Source: an uncultured Acidobacteriota bacterium
GTDB taxonomy: Bacteria; Acidobacteriota; Terriglobia; Acidiferrales; UBA7541
Assembly (NCBI GenBank): GCA_963784015.1
Contig: CAWAPX010000023.1
Coordinates: 190,229-254,228, forward strand
Direction: 5' to 3'
Length of the DNA: 64,000 nucleotides
The notes under the pieces are model-generated. The model was given only the letters and a program-made list of their open reading frames with translations, ran no database searches and had not been told where the DNA came from. The translations under genes were made by a program, and so were the position numbers. Positions 62,787-64,000 of the stretch are shown piece after piece; the stretch's first letter is position 1; the number at the start of each line of letters is the position of its first letter.

Positions 62787-63782
62787 ATGGACTTCGGCAT
62801 CACCATCAAACCCGACATTCACATCGACCGCATCGTTAGCCTCACACAACAAGCCGAAGCGAGCGGCTTTTCCTACGGATGGATTTTCGACTCCCATGTG
62901 ATCTGGAAAGAGCCGTTTCCGCTGCTAACACTGATGGCCGCGAGCACCCAAACCATGCGCCTGGGCACCTGTGTCACGAATCCCGCCGTCCGCGATGTAA
63001 CCGTTTCCGCGAGCCTCTTTGCCACGTTGAACCTCGCCTCCCGGGGCCGCATGCAGCTAGGCATTGGCCGAGGCGACAGCTCGCGCCGCGTCCTCGGCAA
63101 AAAACCTACCACACTTGAAAATCTCGAATCCTTCGTCCACGTCTTCCGCGAACTAAATGCCGGAAAAACCGTCGACCTCGATGGAGTCTCCACAAGTTTT
63201 CCGTGGGCGAGCGGCGAAATTCCTCATGTTTGGGTCGCCGGATACGGTCCGAAAGCCTTGCGCACCGCCGGAAGAATCGGCGACGGCGTCATCCTCCAAT
63301 TCGCCGATCCCGATCTGATCGATTGGTGCCTCGGCTTCGTCCGCGAAGGCGCCAAAGAAGCAGGGCGCGACTTCAGCAAGTTCCAGGTCATGGCCGCCGC
63401 GCCCGTCTGGCCTTCGGCCGATCTCAAAACGGCCCGCGACCGTGTCCGCTGGTTCCCCGCCCTCGTCTCCAACCACGTGATGGACCTGATCTCGAAATAC
63501 AAACCCGAAGAGCTGCCCCCTTCCCTCACATCCTTCGTCAAAAACCGCGGCGACTACGACTATCATCACCACTGCGAAGTAGGCAGCGACAACGCCGATT
63601 TCGTCAGCGACGAAGTCATCGACCGCTTCTGCATCATTGGACCCGTCGAAGCCCACGTCAAGAAGCTAGAAGCCCTGCGCAAAGTCGGAGTGACGCAATT
63701 TAATATTTATTTGATGTGCGGCGAGGAAGAAAAAACATTGGATGTGTACTCGCGTGAGATCCTGCCTATTTACGCGAAGTGA
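62787..63782 (+). CDS. Luciferase-like monooxygenase (LLM) class flavin/F420-dependent oxidoreductase
   Basis: 331 aa. MDFGITIKP...GFSYGWIFDSHVIWKEPFPLLTLMAAST..MRLGTCVTNP...GIGRGDS is the typical LLM TIM-barrel layout. Confidence 0.85.
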   Translation: MDFGITIKPDIHIDRIVSLTQQAEASGFSYGWIFDSHVIWKEPFPLLTLMAASTQTMRLGTCVTNPAVRDVTVSASLFATLNLASRGRMQLGIGRGDSSRRVLGKKPTTLENLESFVHVFRELNAGKTVDLDGVSTSFPWASGEIPHVWVAGYGPKALRTAGRIGDGVILQFADPDLIDWCLGFVREGAKEAGRDFSKFQVMAAAPVWPSADLKTARDRVRWFPALVSNHVMDLISKYKPEELPPSLTSFVKNRGDYDYHHHCEVGSDNADFVSDEVIDRFCIIGPVEAHVKKLEALRKVGVTQFNIYLMCGEEEKTLDVYSREILPIYAK

Positions 63783-63825
63783 ATACGGCGCGCTAATTTT
63801 CTAGGAAAAGCTGGAGGGCCAGAGA

Positions 63826-64000
63826 TGCGTTTTGACACTATCATCCGAAACGGCACGATCGTAACGGCGTCGGATACCTACGTCGCCGATATTGGCATCA
63901 ACGCTGACAAAATTTCTGCGATTGCTGCTCAGCTGCCTATTGAAAATGCAGGGCGCGTGATCGACGCTGCGGGACTGCTCGTCATCCCTGGCGGCATCGA
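63826..64000 (+). CDS. Dihydropyrimidinase / D-hydantoinase (N-terminal fragment; continues past the window end)
   Basis: MRFDTIIRNGTIVTASDTYVADIGINADKISAIAAQLPIENAGRVIDAAGLLVIPGGI is the characteristic cyclic-amidohydrolase N-terminus. GGAGGG lies upstream of the ATG. Confidence 0.75.

Overview
This is a moderately GC-rich chromosomal segment. I call about 55 protein-coding genes, one tRNA-Arg(CCG), two frame-disrupted genes and several short intergenic repeats and hairpins. I see no rRNA, CRISPR array, transposase, integrase or prophage.

The gene repertoire looks like Acidobacteriota (inference only). It includes a TonB-dependent receptor with an N-terminal carboxypeptidase-regulatory-like domain and no SusD partner, TAT-exported Gfo/Idh/MocA and TIM-barrel enzymes, a CRTAC1/ASPIC-UnbV protein and a BNR/sortilin protein.

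Gene blocks from left to right:
1. MFS transporter plus MetE-like gene.
2. A xyloside/glycan utilisation neighbourhood (2.1-16.2 kb): TAT-exported isomerase and oxidoreductase, xylB, an SSS symporter, galM, a GH31 enzyme and a TonB-dependent receptor.
3. TPR protein, M28 peptidase, DUF1330 protein and SDR.
4. Two back-to-back toxin-antitoxin modules.
5. A frameshifted CRTAC1-like gene.
6. LacI regulator, Rieske oxygenase and a doubly frameshifted mmsA.
7. DUF433/DUF5615 pair and ArsR/SRPBCC pair.
8. HAD-zwf-glk operon, FKBP and yggX.
9. An uncharacterised cassette of a B12-binding radical SAM enzyme with a CCAEP tail plus an ATP-grasp ligase, placed head to head with acnA.
10. An Lgt-methyltransferase fusion, an APC permease and agmatinase.
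11. AcpA-like phosphoesterase, multicopper oxidase, PPK2 and an IorAB-like Mo-hydroxylase.
12. Hpt plus receiver-GGDEF pair, MscS, and a BNR/sortilin protein.
13. A hydantoin/pyrimidine-type cluster: carbamoyl-amidase, NCS1 permease, LLM oxidoreductase and a hydantoinase truncated by the window end.

The best candidate for an undescribed system is the radical-SAM/ATP-grasp cassette at 34.5-37.3 kb. The next leads are the Lgt-methyltransferase fusion, the periplasmic oxidoreductase/TIM-barrel pair and the LLM-containing hydantoin cluster. Several reading-frame anomalies (the xylB start, CRTAC1, two in mmsA) point to either gene decay or consensus errors.

All calls come from reading the translations and sequence by eye. 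No database search was run.
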